Positions 61,972 through 64,000 of a stretch of DNA of 64,000 nucleotides are shown here, piece by piece. The stretch is from NCBI GenBank assembly GCA_963768175.1, contig CAVYGQ010000001.1, positions 840,717-904,716 on the forward strand. The letters run 5' to 3'. The notes beneath the pieces are model-generated. The model had not been told where the DNA came from, searched no databases, and saw only the letters and a program-made list of their open reading frames with translations. Every line of letters begins with the position of its first letter. Within the stretch, counting starts at the first letter, position 1. This DNA is from Candidatus Doudnabacteria bacterium (lineage in GTDB: Bacteria > Patescibacteriota > Doudnabacteria > UBA920). The position numbers were made by a program, and so were the translations under genes.

Positions 61972-61989
61972 ACAAGTAGGATAAAACAC

Positions 61990-62235
61990 ATGAAAATTGT
62001 CAGAAATATTTATCAATACACCGCGGTATTTGAACCTGACAAAAAACGGGGCGGATTTACCGTGACCATTCCTTTTTTGCCAGGGTGTATTTCCGAAGGC
62101 GATACTTTTGAACAAGCTACCTTAAACATTCAGGAAGCCGCTGAGCTTTATCTTGAAGTAATGAAAAAGAAGAGAACAAAAATCTTGCGGGAAGAAAAAG
62201 GCGTGGTTGTGGCGCCCATTCAAGTTAGAGCTTAA
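61990..62235 (+). CDS. hicB: HicB-family antitoxin
   Basis: YTAVFEPDKKRGGFTVTIPFLPGCISEGDTFEQATLNIQEAAELYLE. Confidence 0.75.
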   Translation: MKIVRNIYQYTAVFEPDKKRGGFTVTIPFLPGCISEGDTFEQATLNIQEAAELYLEVMKKKRTKILREEKGVVVAPIQVRA

Positions 62236-62236
62236 T

Positions 62237-62455
62237 ATGCCAAAATTACCCGTTCTTACACCCAGAGTGGTTTGCAAGGCTTTGGAAAGAGCGGGTTTTG
62301 TTTTGGTTCGGCAAAAAGGCAGCCATAAAATGTATTTAAAAGATAGTTTAGGAGTAACCGTCCCGTATCACAACAAGGATTTAAAACCAAAAACTCTAAA
62401 ACACATTATTCAGGCATCCGGAATGGACTTGGTTGAGTTTATGGATTTGCTGTAA
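62237..62455 (+). CDS. hicA: HicA-family toxin
   Basis: MPKLPVLTPRVVCKALERAGFVLVRQKGSHKMY. Confidence 0.75.
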   Translation: MPKLPVLTPRVVCKALERAGFVLVRQKGSHKMYLKDSLGVTVPYHNKDLKPKTLKHIIQASGMDLVEFMDLL

Positions 62456-62619
62456 AAGTTATTTAACAATTCCGCTCCCAAAAGGCGCGGGATTTTGAAT
62501 ACAAAAAGAAAAGGCAAGTCGCGACGGCCTGCCTTCAATACTGGAGAGATGTCGCTCTTCCGGGCGCTTTGCGTTGGTACCCCGCAAAGCGGGTTTGTGA
62601 TGTGACGCCCAATTTCCAT

Positions 62620-62922
62620 TCAGATGGACGGCAAGTCTTTCCTTTTTTGGAACTCTTGATAAGAGATTTTTTCGCCGTTGGGCAAAAGGACGTGGGTTAT
62701 TGGTTGATTCCAAACAAGCTTCCGCCGATGGTCAAAAACAAGATACTCACAACTCAATTTACCAGAGCCTTTGCAAAAGCCGCACGCTTTTGCTACCGTG
62801 TCGCCTGGGTCAACTGGCCCCCAAAGTCCTGTCATACAGCAGTGGTGGCATCCGGTTATTATGAGTTTAGTTTTTATTTTCATTCTACTTATCCCCGAGT
62901 TTTTCAAGAAGGTCAAGGACAC
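62620..62922 (-). CDS. Hypothetical Cys-rich protein (100 aa), GC about 50%
   Basis: CHHCC and CGFCKGSGKLSC motifs. Only an ORF-level call. Confidence 0.35.
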   Translation of the reverse strand: MSLTFLKNSGISRMKIKTKLIITGCHHCCMTGLWGPVDPGDTVAKACGFCKGSGKLSCEYLVFDHRRKLVWNQPITHVLLPNGEKISYQEFQKRKDLPSI

Positions 62923-63130
62923 CCCCGTAAAGCAGGTACCAAACGGAGAAAACCTTCAGCCCAATTGCTCCAAGCATAGCCGCACTGACTAACAACACTT
63001 TGCCGATAGTTCCTCCGAACACTAAGGCAAGAACAACGAGAAACAGAGCGGCGATGAAAAGGGATAGCGAGATTTTTCCGCAAACCCGTTTTTCCCTCTC
63101 AAAACTCAGTTCTTTGTCCGTATCCATCAT
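62885..63130 (-). CDS. Hypothetical small membrane protein (2 TM)
   Basis: The hydrophobic profile only. It is divergent from TrmB paralog 4. Confidence 0.4.
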   Translation of the reverse strand: MMDTDKELSFEREKRVCGKISLSLFIAALFLVVLALVFGGTIGKVLLVSAAMLGAIGLKVFSVWYLLYGGVLDLLEKLGDK

Positions 63131-63285
63131 AGTTTCCTCCTTGGGGATTGAGCTTTATAATCGTCAAAAAATGAAAAATAGTCAATAAAAATCGACTATT
63201 TATTTAGTGGATATAAATTTTATTAGTAAACATTGATTAAATATGTTATATTTTTGTTGTCAGAAAGCAATGACAAATATTGTTT

Positions 63286-64000
63286 ATGGAAGAAGAATTG
63301 CAAAAATTAGGCTTAAGTGAGCACGAAGCCAAAATATATTTGGCGGCTTTGAGTTTGGGTCCTTCATCGGCGGCCCAAATATCGACGCAGACTAGTATAA
63401 AGCGGCCCACTGTTTATTTGGCTTTGGACAGTTTAATTAAGCAAGGATTAGTTTTAGAAAATTTTGCCGGGAAAAAGAGGTTGTTTGAGGCTGAGAAGCC
63501 TCAAAAGTTAGAAAAGCTGACCAAACGAATGAGGCGGCAAGTTATTGATGCGGAAATTTTGTTAGAAAGCGTATTGCCGGGACTAATTAAACTTCCTAAA
63601 CAATACTCACAAGAGCCGAAAGTAAGTTTTTATTCAGGAGAAGAAGGTTTAAAAAATATTGCGCTTGAAATTTCAGCTTGCTCATCTTCCTGGTATGCTT
63701 TTGGCTCCGGCGCAAAAATATTGGAAAAACTTGCAAAATTCAAAAGGATGGACATACTTTACGATTCTTGGGATATACGCAGTAGCCCGAGCAGGCCGAA
63801 AATTTATATAATTACAGACGCAGGAGTTTTTTCTTTGGGAAAAGAATGGGAAAAAAACAAAACTCCCTGGCGGGAAGTAAAGATTTTACCCGGGATCATT
63901 GGTGTCGGCTCCGGACTTATTATTTATGAAGATAAAGTGGCAGTATTGAGTCTTGAAAATAAACCTTTTGTTGCGGTAATTAAGAGCAAAGAGGTTGTGG
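63286..64000 (+). CDS. TrmB-family transcriptional regulator (paralog 4), running off the window end
   Basis: MEEELQKLGLSEHEAKIYLAALSLGPSSAAQISTQTSIKRPTVYLALDSLIKQGLV. It is not in the ORF track because no stop falls within the window. Confidence 0.75.
   Translation, partial: MEEELQKLGLSEHEAKIYLAALSLGPSSAAQISTQTSIKRPTVYLALDSLIKQGLVLENFAGKKRLFEAEKPQKLEKLTKRMRRQVIDAEILLESVLPGLIKLPKQYSQEPKVSFYSGEEGLKNIALEISACSSSWYAFGSGAKILEKLAKFKRMDILYDSWDIRSSPSRPKIYIITDAGVFSLGKEWEKNKTPWREVKILPGIIGVGSGLIIYEDKVAVLSLENKPFVAVIKSKEVV

Overview
This is a dense bacterial chromosomal segment of about 42% GC with short intergenic spacers. It is probably from a small-genome organism; a CPR/Patescibacteria-like origin is an inference from the multiple TrmB regulators, DUF-rich content and reduced operons. 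Recognisable housekeeping genes are a partial class A PBP, tyrS, ruvC, yebC, rsmI, gyrA, rpsA, infB, rbfA, nrnA, murA, murF-alr-ddl, rnhB, rlmH, a prs-pyrE-pyrF-pyrD pyrimidine cluster and a polyamine cluster (speA, an ODC-like decarboxylase, a homospermidine-synthase-like gene). There are 13 tRNA genes, two type II toxin-antitoxin pairs (RHH/RelE and HicB/HicA), a P-type ATPase and several lipid and cell-envelope genes. The most unusual content falls into three groups. First, the window carries many families of short palindromic, REP/RPE-like repeats, and five genes (rsmI, rbfA, murF, rnhB and an alpha/beta hydrolase) contain copies in frame; a separate 24-nt palindromic cassette encoding KGGSASGG sits in frame in hss, murA and murF. 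Second, four TrmB-family regulator paralogs are each divergently paired with a higher-GC (50-60%) cargo gene. Two of these cargo genes are orphan REC-domain proteins, and those two modules flank infB and split the conserved infB-rbfA linkage. Third, several GC-rich islands look horizontally acquired, including a second pyrF-pyrE pair next to the native pyr genes and a signal-peptide beta-rich protein. There is also a translationally coupled operon of an unknown 487-aa protein, an ATP-grasp (Ddl-like) ligase and an M19 dipeptidase, which is separate from the canonical ddl. I found no rRNA, CRISPR array, integrase or transposase.
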